Shown here one piece after another: positions 23,801 to 37,240 of a stretch of 64,000 nt of DNA; positions within the stretch are counted from its first letter, which is position 1, and each line of letters begins with the position of its first letter. The translations under genes were made by a program, and so were the position numbers. The notes beneath the pieces were generated by a model that saw nothing but the letters and a program-made list of their open reading frames with translations, did no database searches and was not told the origin of the DNA. This stretch comes from Hydrolagus colliei (Eukaryota): the NCBI GenBank assembly GCA_035084275.1, contig CM068748.1, positions 5,704,001 through 5,768,000 of the forward strand. The letters are read 5' to 3'.

Positions 23801-26800
23801 CAATTTCATGCTATCAGAGAGGCCGCATGTTTTCCTCTGCAAAGTTGTCAGAGGCATAAAAGCCAAGGAGCAGGGTCACATTTAGAGGGATGGGCATGAA
23901 AAATTGGTAAAATGTATCGGAAGCCCACCCACTTGATGGTTGCTTAGAGCAGCTCAGATTCAGGTTGAACAATTCCACTTTTAAATTCATTTCTGGCCTC
24001 ACACCACAAAACTTTTTAAGCGTTAACCTCCTTGCTTCATTATAACGGCAGGCAAACCATGATTGATTTAGAACATCTTTATAGTGGTAGATTGAAAACT
24101 TACCAACAAACTGAAAAGCTTTTTTGCCCATTGTTTAAGCTTCTGTCATCCATTCTACTCGATTTTCTTTTCAAATCTGTTGACATTTTGTGGCTGTAAT
24201 GATTCCAAATTCATTTCTTTTTCAAGTTTAAAAACATTTATAGCAATATTGACGAGCCAATTGCAGCTGAAATAGTGACTGCACCTTTAAGAGAGAGAAA
24301 CAAAGTAAGGCAATAGTAGTTCTTTATTCGTGTTCAAGAATCCACACATTAATTAGATAGACAGTTTATGTCAAATTCTTAATACATGGAAAAACATTCA
24401 TCCCACAACAAAACCTCGCAGCTCAACAAACGTATGGGTCCATTGCTAAATCTATCCTATTTAATGAACGTATAGACTCATGCATTGCTGAGAAACTAAA
24501 GCAAGGGCACTACACATCATTAGAATTTTCCTTTTTGGAAGTAAAATTGAAGGAACAGCGCTCCTGAAAAAAAACCAGGGCTTTATCCTTTACTTCATGG
24601 ACATGTCATGCATTTTGTATGTTAAACAGTCTCATGGACATCTGTCATGATTGGTTTTAATCTGCTAGCTAAAAGTCTGGATTTAATCTTGCATTACACC
24701 TCTTTGTACTGCAGTCAGTAAATGACAGTACTGCCATGAAACAATGACTGTACTCATTCCATCCAATATGCCATGTGGTAGACCCTTTTTCTGGACCAGT
24801 TCTTTAGAAAGAATACAAAACAATGAAGCATCTGGTGGGCTTTTCCTGTTTCGAAGTTTTTTTTGTCAGTAATTCTACTCACCCAGGCCGCACATTTCTC
24901 CCTTGATGCTACTAACCGAGACAGGGTGTGTCAAGCTAGTGGTGAGAGGTCAGCAGGCCAAAGTGATGAATTTTTATGCTGCTGTTTCTTGTGTTTCTGC
25001 CCAGTCACAATTTTCTGCTTGCTGTGCTCGCTCTGAAAGGAATCACAGTGAGCAATTTGTCCTTCTGGGCAGGGAATTGGATGGCAGATGAGTTAAAAAG
25101 TGGATATCACATTGAACAAAAGAACACACAAATGTCTTCCTGTGGAGAAACAGAATACTGCTGTCAGAGCTTAACACAAGATGTACATTGGAGATTTGTG
25201 GTCCTCAGCCACACAGGATTGACAAATGAATTTAATGGCACCTTTTTAAATATTGAAAAGGAATTGCAATTCAACAGGTGGAGAGTACTTATGGGGGATG
25301 TGTTCCAGATGTTCAGCTCCACAAATAACAGCCCAGTGTTAATACGTCAACTTTACAAAATTATTTATTCATTGAAATTACTGCAGCTTGTGTGTGTATG
25401 AGTGGGTGGGTGGGAGTGGGGTTTGGGTGGGTGGGAGGGGTTGAGAGGGCGTGGGGGGTGTATCAGAGGTTTAGTAGTTAATTGCTTGTTTAAATGTGAA
25501 TCAACTAATTTTTCTTAAACCTAGACTACAGCATCTAAACAACATTTCCGTGAATGCCTAGAGATACGCTGGTGATTGTGAAGCCAGCCACTTGCCTTTG
25601 ATCACATGTGGGGTTTTAAGTTTTCAAGTGGTCACTCTTCAAGCTCTCTGCATTTCAATGCCTCCTTGAATGTTCTCGATTCCCTGATTAAACATATTCT
25701 AGAAATAAATGAAGTCAGCGTGACCAAATACACCGCACATATTTCTGGTTAAGTTAATTCCGTTGACATTCGCAGTCATACACCCTAAAGATTGAATATA
25801 AATAAAGAAGAAAGATATTTCTGCAGGGAGAATTCAAGTATACTTACTTTAAGATGATTTATGTTTTGTGGTCCTGCTAACAAATAGTGCGTCTATTTTC
25901 ATTGCAGCAGTAGTATTGCACTGCATGATTTATGAAAGAGAAGATGTTTTAAATTAAATTGATTCTATATAAATATAACTCTTGTACTTGAAATGTACTG
26001 ATAGCATAAATCAATATAGTATTCATATATTGGACAAAAACACAAAATGTAATTTTTTTTTCAGATGTTCATTTTTATGTATCAGAAGATACTTCAATGG
26101 AGTCCCTTTGCTCCAGTATATTTTAAATAGAGAAGCAATGAAATGCACTTGACATATTTTCAATAAATGTAATGAGACAGAGACGAAACCCAATTGTGAT
26201 AAAGAAATTGGAAACGGACACTAAAATCTTATGCGGACCTGATTTCTGCTGTATGGTATTTTCAAGTACTTTATGCAGATGATAAAAAGGATTTTTTTAA
26301 AATGGACACGGAGCTACTGTGAGATTATTGTAGATTTATTTATCTTGGAAGGCGTGAGAGGTATAGCTCATTTATCTGAGATTTTTGTTAATCAGTGAAG
26401 CGTTAAATCAGTTTGTTACTGGGGCAGTCTAGGTTCTCTGTACATGCTTTAAAATCATGACTATTGAACAGTGCCCACTCTGGGGTTGGTACAATGACTT
26501 TAGACGGTGACTCTGCCCTATCCTTTCCAGTCCTTTTTACCCATTCACTTAGGAGAAAGCAGCTTAGGCGCACTTAAGCGCATTAGCATTTGGATGCTTG
26601 GTCCATATTGACCCTTGATTGGAAAGTTTAAATGACTGAAAGATGGACCGATTTGTTAGGGATTTAGAAAGCTAGCAGGTTCTGCTTTGGTTTGTTCCGT
26701 ACTTGTTCTGATGTGGTGCAGCATTTAACGGCAACCAGGCTGATTTGTGACATAGGAGTCTAAAGGGCTCTTTGGTTTGATGTGATTAACTAATCTGTGC

Positions 26801-27934
26801 TTTGAATTTAAACGTTGAGCCAGAAGTGTTCAGTATGGGAACCAGCTCTTCTGTGGATTATGCCATTCAAAACAGTTTTCAAACACAGATGGTAAAATGT
26901 TGTGCTGATCAAAAGGGGAAGAAAAAAAGGGGGAATTATTTAGTTGAAGTGTTCAGTGGTGTGTGGCTGACATAAGCTGAGAATCAATTTAAAATACTAC
27001 AATTTTGAGAAATATTACACAACATTGATCTGATATTGATGTATTTTAATTGCTTCAGGACACACTTGGTGCTGTTTTTGATTTTGTTTATATGTTGTGG
27101 TTTATCAACTTGACAGTGCAATGAAGGAGTTGCCTGGCAGCACTGTAGGTAAAGGGAAAAATGTTTGTTTCTCATTCCCATTGTTTGGTCAGGAGTTAGC
27201 CGCAATTGACAACAATAATGTGTATATAAAGATCACCCAAAACTCTGTGCAATTCACATAGCCTCGTATGTTCATTCAGAGTGAATCAAACAACTTTAAA
27301 AATCACCCTATTTGCAACATTATCCCTCATAATTAACACTCGATTGCAGAAAACAGTTGAGAAAGCAGGTAGTGTTTAATATGTACATTCTTTCACGGTT
27401 AACGGATAGTTTTTTTTTAAAAGATGATTTATTTTTTATGATTAAGAGACATTAAAGTGCACTAAACTGCAGAGTAACACAAGTCACGGGGTGTACGTTC
27501 CATTGTATTCTCGTAGAAAGGATGATCAGTACAGTGCTACTGTTCTCAGTTTATTGTTGTTTCCAGAGCAGAAGCAACAAACCAGATTGCCTCAGTCGCC
27601 CAGAAGCCCGGCATAGAGGCCAGCAAAGTTGCTATGGTAGCCAGAGAACGATGCACAACCTTTACAACGTACACACACTAACTCCACCAGGACTGCCAGA
27701 TCCTTTCAATTTATACCCACTTGAATCAAACTGTAGGTAGTACAAGCCGAAAATAGACACAGTCCAGCAGGAGTCCAGAGGTACAGGGGCACCAAAAAAG
27801 TTGTGATACTTACCCTACTATCTAAAAAAAATATTTAAGACTCGTTAGGCATTGTAATGGTATCGGGACTTTTGGTCACCCTGTACAGTATATCTTAGCA
27901 AATAAATACAGAATTTTAGATAATAATGTATGTG

Positions 27935-28249
27935 AATAATAATAATAATAACCCTCGCATCTGTTATAGTGCTTTTCACATCTTCTAGAAAAGAGCTTCA
28001 CAGGATTATACTGTAAAGTCAATTGACTGCATGTTTGTGGGCAAAACACGGCAGCCAATTGCGTACAGCAGTGTCCCACAAACAGTCGTAGATAAATTTA
28101 AATAACCAATTTATAATTGGGTTTTTTGAGAGGATTATTATCAGGCATGTGGAGTAAGGAAACTTGCTCAAGGTTTCGCTCTGCCTAGAATCAAATCGAA
28201 GTCTCTTGCTCGTAAGGCGAATGCTCTAACCACTGAGCTACAAGACTCC
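27935..28249 (-). mobile_element. Full-length tRNA-headed SINE (short variant)
   Basis: Colinear with 17510-17830 from head to (ATT)n tail. Confidence 0.88.
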
Positions 28250-29074
28250 ACATTATGACTTATTACTTTTAGAATTTCAGTTGTCACTTGCGAGGAGAAT
28301 GAGAATAGTTTAATCTTATCGTCCAGTTGATTAAACTGTTGGCAAAAGTAACCATTGAGATTATAAACATTAATTCCAGAAGGTATTTGGTTGCTCTCCT
28401 CGCTTTCTTTGTCGATCAAGGACCTTACAAGAGTTCACAATTTGTTATCTTAGTAAAATGTGTGGCTGACAATGTATGACCACAGCTGTGTTTTTCTTTA
28501 TAAAATAGTGATTGATTAATTAGGCAGAATCACTGATAACAATGATCATATAGATCATTTGGGAAACAAAAACACTATACTAGTGCAGTAGCAGATGATC
28601 CTTTTTTAGATTGCCTTTACCTGACCTCAGAGTGCCAAATGTTCACAATCAGTACAGTTAAAGTGCCTATTCCTGTTTTTACTAAGTGCGAAAGTTGCTC
28701 AAAATACTTACTTTTTCAAGCTCTTGAAACTGGTGCGAAATGTTATCATATTTTTAACTATAAATCTTTTGCATTCTGACTGATTGTTTCAATGGAAAGG
28801 ATTATTTATACTGAATAAATCAGATCTTTAAATGAATGATTTTAATTCATCTGAAACATCATGATTACAATCATGATTGAGGTTTTTGCTGAATGTGTTT
28901 CAAAAAGCAATCGACATTGCATTGAAAAAAGAGTGAATTAACTTTATTCACATGCTTAATAAAATGGTTTATTTCCTTACGTTGGTTCATACCAAACATT
29001 GAAAATGTACTAGGAAGTCTATTTAATGTACTGCAGCCTCCTTAACTAAAGCATGTCTTTTTTTGTCTTTCTAG

Positions 29075-29170
29075 GCACTCTGTCCTTCAGCAAAAATAGA
29101 AACTATTCGATTACCAGAAACAAATCAAGTAAACAAGTTAATTTTCCGTGAATCAAATAACGATCGAAAG
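29075..29170 (+). CDS. INPP5A: INPP5A coding exon (96 nt), ALCPSAKIETIRLPETNQVNKLIFRESNNDRK
   Basis: Polypyrimidine tract then ctag|, and |gtatga; phase 0/0; similar to human TLCTKATMQTVRAADTNEVVKLIFRESDNDRK. Confidence 0.95.
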
Positions 29171-29268
29171 GTATGACTGTGTTCTGTAAACATGAAATGC
29201 ATTTGTGGTATGTCTTCATACCTATAAAGTGGAAATTGATTTCTGATTGACTTTTATCTTTACTTAAG

Positions 29269-29343
29269 GTGATGCTTCAACTAGAAAAGAAGCTTTTTGA
29301 TTATTTTAACCAAGATATTTTCCGACAGAACAATGGCGTGGAG
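29269..29343 (+). CDS. INPP5A: INPP5A coding exon (75 nt), VMLQLEKKLFDYFNQDIFRQNNGVE
   Basis: taag| and |gtgagt; follows a 98-nt intron; near-identical to human VMLQLEKKLFDYFNQEVFRDNNG. Confidence 0.95.
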
Positions 29344-32300
29344 GTGAGTCTTTCATTTGCCACGTGTAGAGCATGTTACAGCAAAGTTGGTTTACAAATG
29401 ATCATTATTAGGTTTGAAAACTTGTAAGCAGTAAAACAATGAACTACACTATTCTTGACTGTATCCTGTCTTATCCAAAACATCAACCCAGTGGTGACTT
29501 ATTAATGTGCTGTTTGTTGTTGTGTGTGTTGATAATTCAGCACAAACGCTAAACAAGAGATACATGTATTGCCGAATCCCATCTTTGTTTCATGAGTAAC
29601 CTCTTTTCTCTCTGCCTCTGGTCTGTAAAGGCATTATTTAAAAATAATTTGTTGTGGATGAATTTTTCAACCACATATAAAGGGAAAGTGAAAATAACCA
29701 TAAAAATATTAAGCCTTGCAATTAATATGGAGCCTTGTAACATTGTTGAGACATCTCACACTATGTGCTGTGACCATCGTATAAACAGAACTTATGATTT
29801 CTATCCCACATTGTATGCTCCCTAACGTACATTCTGGCATCCCCAAATTTTGGCTTTAACCAGCCTGCACCTAATACTTTTTGGAAAGTTTCAGTAGTTT
29901 GGTTTGAATGTCAGTATGACTATTTCTGTGGCTCCCAGCAGATTCAAAAAATAAAATAAATAATTCATCATTCCCTGATCTTGACCACATTAGAGGCTCC
30001 AATTCATAAGGTTTAATAGTGTTTATTTTGAATGCTGCCAAGCAATTTAAAAATGGTAAGTACAAACAAAGTAGTTCCAACCAGAGTTGCAAGGGGTCAT
30101 GATTACTGGTCAGCAGTTCACTGAGTAAACTTCACATGCAGGAAATGATGTTATTAGTGATCTGATGACCTGAAAATCAGACATTTTTTAAGCACACAAG
30201 AAGGCAACCGACAGTTTCAAGTGAACCGGACAAATTTCCGTGCGCATTTAAGTATATATTGGTAATTAAATATAGGGGACCACATCCCAAATATGCTAAA
30301 AGCGTGCCAAGGGTATACAAATAATGAAGCACATTATACCAGGGGTTTACTGTTATGTATTTACAGGAGTGCTTCTTGGAAGATTTATTTACCTTGTGAT
30401 TTTGAATTCACTTTGAGACATTGAATTTACCCTTGATTTACCCTTGATTAGTTTTATTCTAAACACTAAATCACTGCTACTAAACTGGACATGGTTCTAT
30501 GACGTCCTGTGCCTTTTTGGAGATATCTTACAAGGTCAATGGTGAACATACTGAATACCAGATACAAGCTGATTTTCTCATGTTGGAAGTTTATTAACCA
30601 GGCGGTAAGACCAAAAGAAGTTGAACTAGTTTCACACATCCAACCTCTCCAAGGGAAAAGTATTTCTGACCAGCAACGCATCTTTTAGCCTTATTTGACA
30701 ATACAGTATTAAGAAAGTGCACTTTTTAAATTTAGCATGGCAGAGAATATATTCTGAGATTTATAAAAGGATTTGAATCAGGGAAATCCTGAATGAGTCC
30801 CGACTCACTCCAGAATACAGTTCAGAAGTTGGAACAGTGATCAGCTTTCCATTTGAGTTCCAGAGGTTTTGGCCATGCCACATCCAGGATTCACTCTATA
30901 CAGACAGTGGTGTAATGGCTATGATGTGCCTCCCGATAACCAGTTCTGACACAGAAAAAATGGGGGTGTTAAGGCAGAGTAAAGCTGTATTTACTTGCAT
31001 TTACAAGTTGTCTCCCTCGAAAAGAACTCGTCTTAATCAAACATAATCAAAGTTAGTTTGAATGAAAATGCTGGTGTGTTTTATGATGGAATAGTTGAGT
31101 GCTTTAATTTACCCTATTCCAGTCTGAATCAAATGGCAACATTACTTTTGACTGTTAGAGTTAATGCAATTGTATTGTAATTATTGAGGTGTAACTGCTT
31201 AGTTTATTCCAGCAATGCAGTCTTTTACCACATATTAATACTCACTTCCTTCTCCAATTGCTTGGAATAAATTGCTTGGACTGATGCATCTCATAATTAA
31301 AAATGTTCACACCGTGAAATAGAGCACATTCAAGTTACTTTCAGCTGCATGAATCCCAGTGCTGTGAGGCTGAATCCACTTTCTCCCATGGCTATGAAGG
31401 AATGTTTAATGTGGTTGGATCGATATTCACGGTGGGGGGGTGGGAGTGGGGTGGTGGAAACAAAGCCAGCAATTGTGTAAAATATTCCAAGAAAATTGTT
31501 CAAAATTAGGACTTTGCCCTTTAGCCCAGGCTTGTGAATTAAGCAATGTGAACAGAGCAATGAGAAATTAGCAGGGAATTGCAAGGCCTTAATAAAAATG
31601 AGAAGCTTAGGTGACATAGGAAAGCATAAGAGCAAAGCGGGAATGCTTTTTTGTTAATTATCTAACCTCTCAGGTTATGTAATGGACATCAATTCCATTT
31701 CACTTGTATTTCTCAACGAATGCTGTTTTTCTTATTTGTTCAATTTGAAAATTACTGGTTATTTACTGGTAGGCAGAGCTCCCCTGGGTGAAAAGGACAT
31801 GTTGGGGAATGTAGAGTTCAGGCTTTGTGACATAGCCAAGTGGAAGTTTATTGATCGCATAACTGGTGTGCTGAATATTTTAGCTCGGTAAATGGATTCA
31901 GTAGGAGCTCTATAGAGAAACTCTTAAAATATTATCTAGCAATCAGTGCTTGGCCTTACCTACCCCTGAAATAACCTACCTTGTTAAGGAGTTGCTCTTG
32001 TAGGTGGCTTTTTTTTAATTGTCTTAACTGTTTTTAACTCAGCTCCCTCTTGTCCAATTATTGTCCCTCGTCGCTTTACACAAATTAGAAATATATTTTG
32101 TTGTTTGATATCTGAAGGGTAGTGCACTGGGCACTGCACTGGGTAGCAATATGTCATACCGACTAGTTAGTACACATGTTGCTTGCAGGGCTGGGCTGAG
32201 TTAGTTGATCTCAGTTGATATAGCATTTGTAGTGCTACAATTGGTCAACCCAACTTTCAGATATGACAAGAGTTTACAGGCTCTGGATTGAAGGGTAATT

Positions 32301-32399
32301 TTAGAGTAGCCACCTGGAAATATTTATTTATACAGAGGATAATTAATAGCCAACAAGTTACTTGGAAGGCTAAAGTCAGTAGCCAAGACTTATTCAAGA

Positions 32400-32705
32400 A
32401 TCATCTATTTAACATAAAGTAGGCTGTTTCCATTGGTTGTGAAGTTCATAACCTGGGGTCACAAATATAGGATAGTGACTAGGCAATCAAAAAGGGAATT
32501 TAGAAGGAATTACTTCACGCATGAGGGCAGTGAGTTTGTGGAAGTCACTGCTTGGAGTGGTGGTTGAATCAGATTGTATAGATCCATTCAAGGGGAAGGG
32601 TATTGGAGGGAGTAAAGAGGAATAGGTGGAGACTCATGTTGAGTATAAATACCGGAATGGACGGATTTGGTGAATTGCCTGTTTCCTCGCTGTATATTTA
32701 TAAAT
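32400..32705 (+). mobile_element. CR1 LINE ORF2 C-terminus and 3' end, degenerate
   Basis: Reads like LFPL...GHKYRI...EFRRNYFT..AVSLWKSL...VVES...FKGK across frameshifts, then a CR1-type 3' tail. Confidence 0.65.
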
Positions 32706-32934
32706 TTTGATAGTGTCATTGAAAGTAGGTATGGCTATTATTTGGGGTTGATGAGATCAAATGGGCCAAAGCATATTTATAAGTTCAATTGGCCCCAAAT
32801 AATTTTTAAAATAAGTTACATTTTCTGCTATGTAATGCTATTACTTTCTTTTTTAACTTCCGCAGTGACATAAGGCTAAACTATTCCCCCTACAATTGGG
32901 AGTCATATAAAACGCATATTTGTAAAGTCTGGGT

Positions 32935-34441
32935 TTTCATACCACGACTTCATCTCCCTTAACACCTCCGTACTCCTTCCCCCTACTTGGTCCTCCACTA
33001 TCACCTGGAAAGAAATCTCCCTCTCCCTTTCCGCTGCCCTGGAGTCATCTGAACTTCTGCCTCTCTGGCCTTCACAGACTCATCTACCCACTTTGCACTC
33101 TTTTTTTCCACAACTCCATCTCCATCTTTGATTCACTTGCCCTCCTTGCCTCCCAAACCGCTTCATACATCTTTCTCGCAATTCCCTCTTTGAACCCATC
33201 CAATCCAGCTGCCCACATTTCGTAAACAGTCCTGGTCAAAGTCTCTAATGACATTCTAAACATCTGCGATCAGGGCTCTTTCTGCCTCCTGGTCCACCTC
33301 GACCTCTCGGCCGCCTTCAACACTGTCGACCACTCCGTCCTCCTACACCGCCTCTCCTCTCAGCTCATTCTTCGCGGTTTGAATCTTACCTCTCCCACCA
33401 TCTCCACTTTGTCACCACTAATGATTTCTCCAACCCCTGCATTGTCACGTGTGGCATCCCCCAGGACTCTATCCTTGGCCCTCTCCTTTTTAACATCTAT
33501 TGTGCACCTCCTTGGTGACATCATCCACAGACATGGGTTCAACTTCCATATATATGCAGATGACCCCCAACACTATCTTTCTGCCTCCACCCTTGATTTC
33601 AGGACCACTGCTGCCCTGACAGACTGCCTCTCAGACATCACGTCCTGAATGACAGCCAACTTTCTGTAGTTGAATGTCAACAAGACTGAGGCCCTCCTGA
33701 TTGGCTCACGCCAACATGTCCGCACCTCAGGCATTAGCAGCATCAACTTCCATGGATGCACACTCCACCTCACGAAGCCAGTCAGGCACTGAGGTGTCTT
33801 GTTTAATCCTCAACTGTCTTTTCTCCCCCACATCCATGCCATGACCCACTCTGCCTTCTCTCACCTCTACAACATTACCTGACTCTGCCACTACCTCACC
33901 CCTCAGGCTGCTGAAACTCTCATCCATGCTTTCATCACATCCGGGCTCAATTATGCCAATGCTCCACTTGTCAGTCTCCCCAATTCCTCCCTCCATAGGC
34001 TGCAGATCAACAACAACAACAACAACTTTGCTTTATATAGCGCCCTCCACGCGGGACAGCGTCTCAGATCAACCATAACTCTGTACCCCGTGTCCTCTCC
34101 CGTACCAAGCTCTGCGACCGTATCATCCCCATCCTCACCCAACCCCACTGGCTTCCCATCACTAAGAGGATTCAATTCAAAATCCTGGTCCTCACCTTTA
34201 AAGCCCTCCATGGCCTTGCCCCACCTTACCTCTGCGACCTCTTAACCCCCTATCAACCCGTCCACTCCCTCCGCTTAGAGGGCTCTGGCCTGCTCCATGT
34301 CCGCCGACCCACCCACCCCACCATCGGTGGGCAAGCCTTCAGCTACTCTGCCCCCAACCTTTGGAATTCCATCCCTCAATCCCTCTGCCTCACTTGTCCT
34401 CCCAACGTGAAAGGTGCTGTACAAGTGTAATTTTGTTGTTG
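32935..34441 (+). mobile_element. L2 LINE fragment with decayed reverse transcriptase
   Basis: Motifs LVKVSNDIL, LDLSAAFNTVDH, GIPQDSILGPLLF, HIYADD and HWLP..RIQFKILVLTFKALHGLAPPYL, with stops and deletions; (GTT)n tail. Confidence 0.9.
34012..34064 (-). mobile_element. 53-bp extremely 5'-truncated retroelement tail with 9-bp TSD
   Basis: CAGATCAAC is duplicated at 34003-34011 and 34065-34073. The insert is agacgctgtcccgcgtggagggcgctatataaagcaaag(ttg)n on the minus strand. Confidence 0.8.
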
Positions 34442-36996
34442 TATTATAGATCTAAGTCACGCACATTATATTAGTGAAGAGCTAGCGTATACTAGAAAAG
34501 TGACTTTGGGGACGTTAGTAGATGACTGCGATATAAAGCTTCTGTGGGATGGAGAATGGTCAAATGGTCTAAAGACTCTTTTACCATGGGCGGTCACATT
34601 CATATCAAATCAGAGTTGATCCAAACTGAAGTGATATCTCAGCACTTACACTCACCTCTGCCCTGACATAATTCACATGCCAGATGATATCAAACATCAA
34701 CCCCTAACTCATGCACTGAGGTTTCCCTCAGGAGCAGCAAGTGAGCAGGGATTCAAAGCTAACTGTTTACACCACTCTGAATTTAATCACAATGAATCCC
34801 AACCGACTTTAAAGCTGCATCAGGAGGTGGGAGTTTTTATCTGAACAAATATCTGAGTAAATAAGTCTAGAGAATTTTCACCAAAGGTTATAATGTGAAA
34901 CATTTCCAAATTGAGAGTAAACATAGATTGCACTGTTGCATAAATGAGGTTAAAGTGCATGAGTGTCTCCTCTTGTTCTATCTTTGAATCAGCATAGTAA
35001 GAAATTTTCTGCAATGATTACATCAGGGAGGCTCAAAACAGCCAATTATTCCATAAGTGAGAAAGATGCACTTAAGACATTCCAAGAATAAAGCATTGTT
35101 TCAAGGAGTGATTATCTTTAAACATAATACCATGTCAACTTTTTCACTTTTTCACTTCATTTAATTGCATTGAGGAGTATTTAATGTTTTGTGCTCCCCA
35201 ATTATTCAGATGAATTTCTTTGCTTAGTTTGTAAGTACGCTGAAAAGCTATAGATTATATGCTTGAAATGAATACACTCATATTCTATCTTGTTTTCAAA
35301 ATATTTCTAAATCATAGTTTCCTATTCCTAATAAGAGTTTTAAAATATTTTATGGCCAAATCAAGCTTGGGATAAGAAAGTTAGATGGATAAATGACGTT
35401 TTCTTGATTGTATAGTGGAGTTGAAAGTGCCATTCTCAGAAAAGTAGTACCATTTCTGAGACATTGACATTGGAGAAAAACAACCTATGGGATGAACTCT
35501 TAACTACTTCAGGGATCCCCACGTGTGTCACAATTGCTTATGGGACCTTAGTCTGATCCAGGGTAACCTTGGCGTATGGTCTTGCTTGTCGGTGTGGTGT
35601 ACATGAAATTCTCTGCTGGAGATATAATTTACATCCCAAAATAGCACTAAATCTCTAGCTTTCCTGAGGAGCCCTTTGTCAACCTCATGCTTAGTGTTTG
35701 ATGTTGTTGTGCAAGTGGGAGTACTGTATAACTTTATGATTTTGCCTGATCTGATGTAAACCAAAAAATTGACTAATATCCTATTTTTGTGTTTGTTTAA
35801 GATGGCGTCTCTGCCCTGAAGTCAAATATTTTCTAAAGACTTTGACATTGAGTCAATGCATTCCGCAGGCTGCCTGTTTTCCGGCCTGTAAACCCAACGC
35901 TTCGTGTTTTAACATTCCCTGTGTTGCAGTAGAATTCATTATATTTGAATTCATTGCAATGCAAGAAGGTGTGCGACTTCGCCAGATCAACTTCATGAGA
36001 AAGATAAATGATTTAATGAGCCATTTGAGATAATCTAATCTTCATGGTCTAGTTATACACAGAGCGGTGTGATCACTAAAAACAAACTGCCCTTCTTCAG
36101 GATGAATGTTCTTATACCAAATTCCCTCCCCCACTCCAAAAAAAAATCTATTGCATCCTTCATCAACCACTAGTCTTGTACCAGGTTGACAGAAATTTAA
36201 TTCAAGTCAGCTCTTGAAAATAATTATTGTATTTTGAGAGCAGTAATCATTGGTTTGGACATGATTGAATGTGTCCATGCCTATTGACTTTTTCTATGAT
36301 TTATAGGTTTGTTTAGTCGATATTCCCATCTAAATTGTATAATTAATTATAAGTGTAGCTGTCAAGTCAGAGGATGGAATGCACTGATGAGTATTTGGGA
36401 AGATTAAATTTTCCTTTGCCATACAGATGTAGAATTGGGAATTTCACAGACCTGCTGCTGGATAGAGTTGTGTTCGCTGCCTGCTTATTTAGGCTCTGAC
36501 TTGCTGCATGTTGAAGTGCCATTGATTTTTGGGTTTTATCTGTGTGATGTCTCTCCAGTAACACTGGAATCTATTTGAACTGAACAATCACTGACAAACT
36601 TTCTTGTCAGTAAACTGCTTTGTCACTGTCCTCTTAGTCTCTCCCACACACAGTCCACTAAAGCACATTCTTAGCCTTGTATTACTTTTGATACATTCTT
36701 TATTAAGTGCACCATACACAAAATAGAACATGTTTTGTTACTGGAGGTGATTTGCAATTAATTGGAATTCACGTTGCTTTGCTTTTTAACTTCTTGATCC
36801 ATCACCTTCTAAATTTTGATGGTTTTCTCAGCAAGAACTATTGGAGTAACATTCTGTGAAGTTACATTCTAAAGAGGATGAAACCATAAAGTGCTAATTA
36901 GTACTGTATTGTACATATGCTATCTCTAATATTAAAGTTAATACTGTATATGTATGTGCATTTAAATATTATAACACCAGTTACATTTTAATATGC

Positions 36997-37240
36997 TAAT
37001 AATAATCCTTACATTTGAAATAGTGCTTACACATTAAGAAGTTATCTCAAATAATTCTCAGGATATATTGTAGAATGATTGTAATTTGTGGGATAACCTG
37101 GCCCCAATTTGTGCACAAAATATTCCACAAATAGCCATCAAGTGAATCAACAATTGTAATTGGGGATTGGTGGCAAGGATTCTAGGAGAAACTCTCTTCT
37201 CTTTTAAAATTAAATAGGAACTTTGACATCCACTTGAATA
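36997..37240 (-). mobile_element. Degenerate Deu-type SINE
   Basis: (TAA)n, then ccttacatttgaaatagtgc tail, ...aattgtgcacaa..., and gacatccacttgaa (Deu-like). Confidence 0.55.

Noticed and set aside
23493-24131. Overlapping ORFs that might be a nested antisense gene
   Set aside because: No homology recognised, stops in the connecting frames and no coherent splice structure.
24903-25401. 141-aa ORF, the longest in the track
   Set aside because: No recognisable motif and no relation to INPP5A; compatible with chance.
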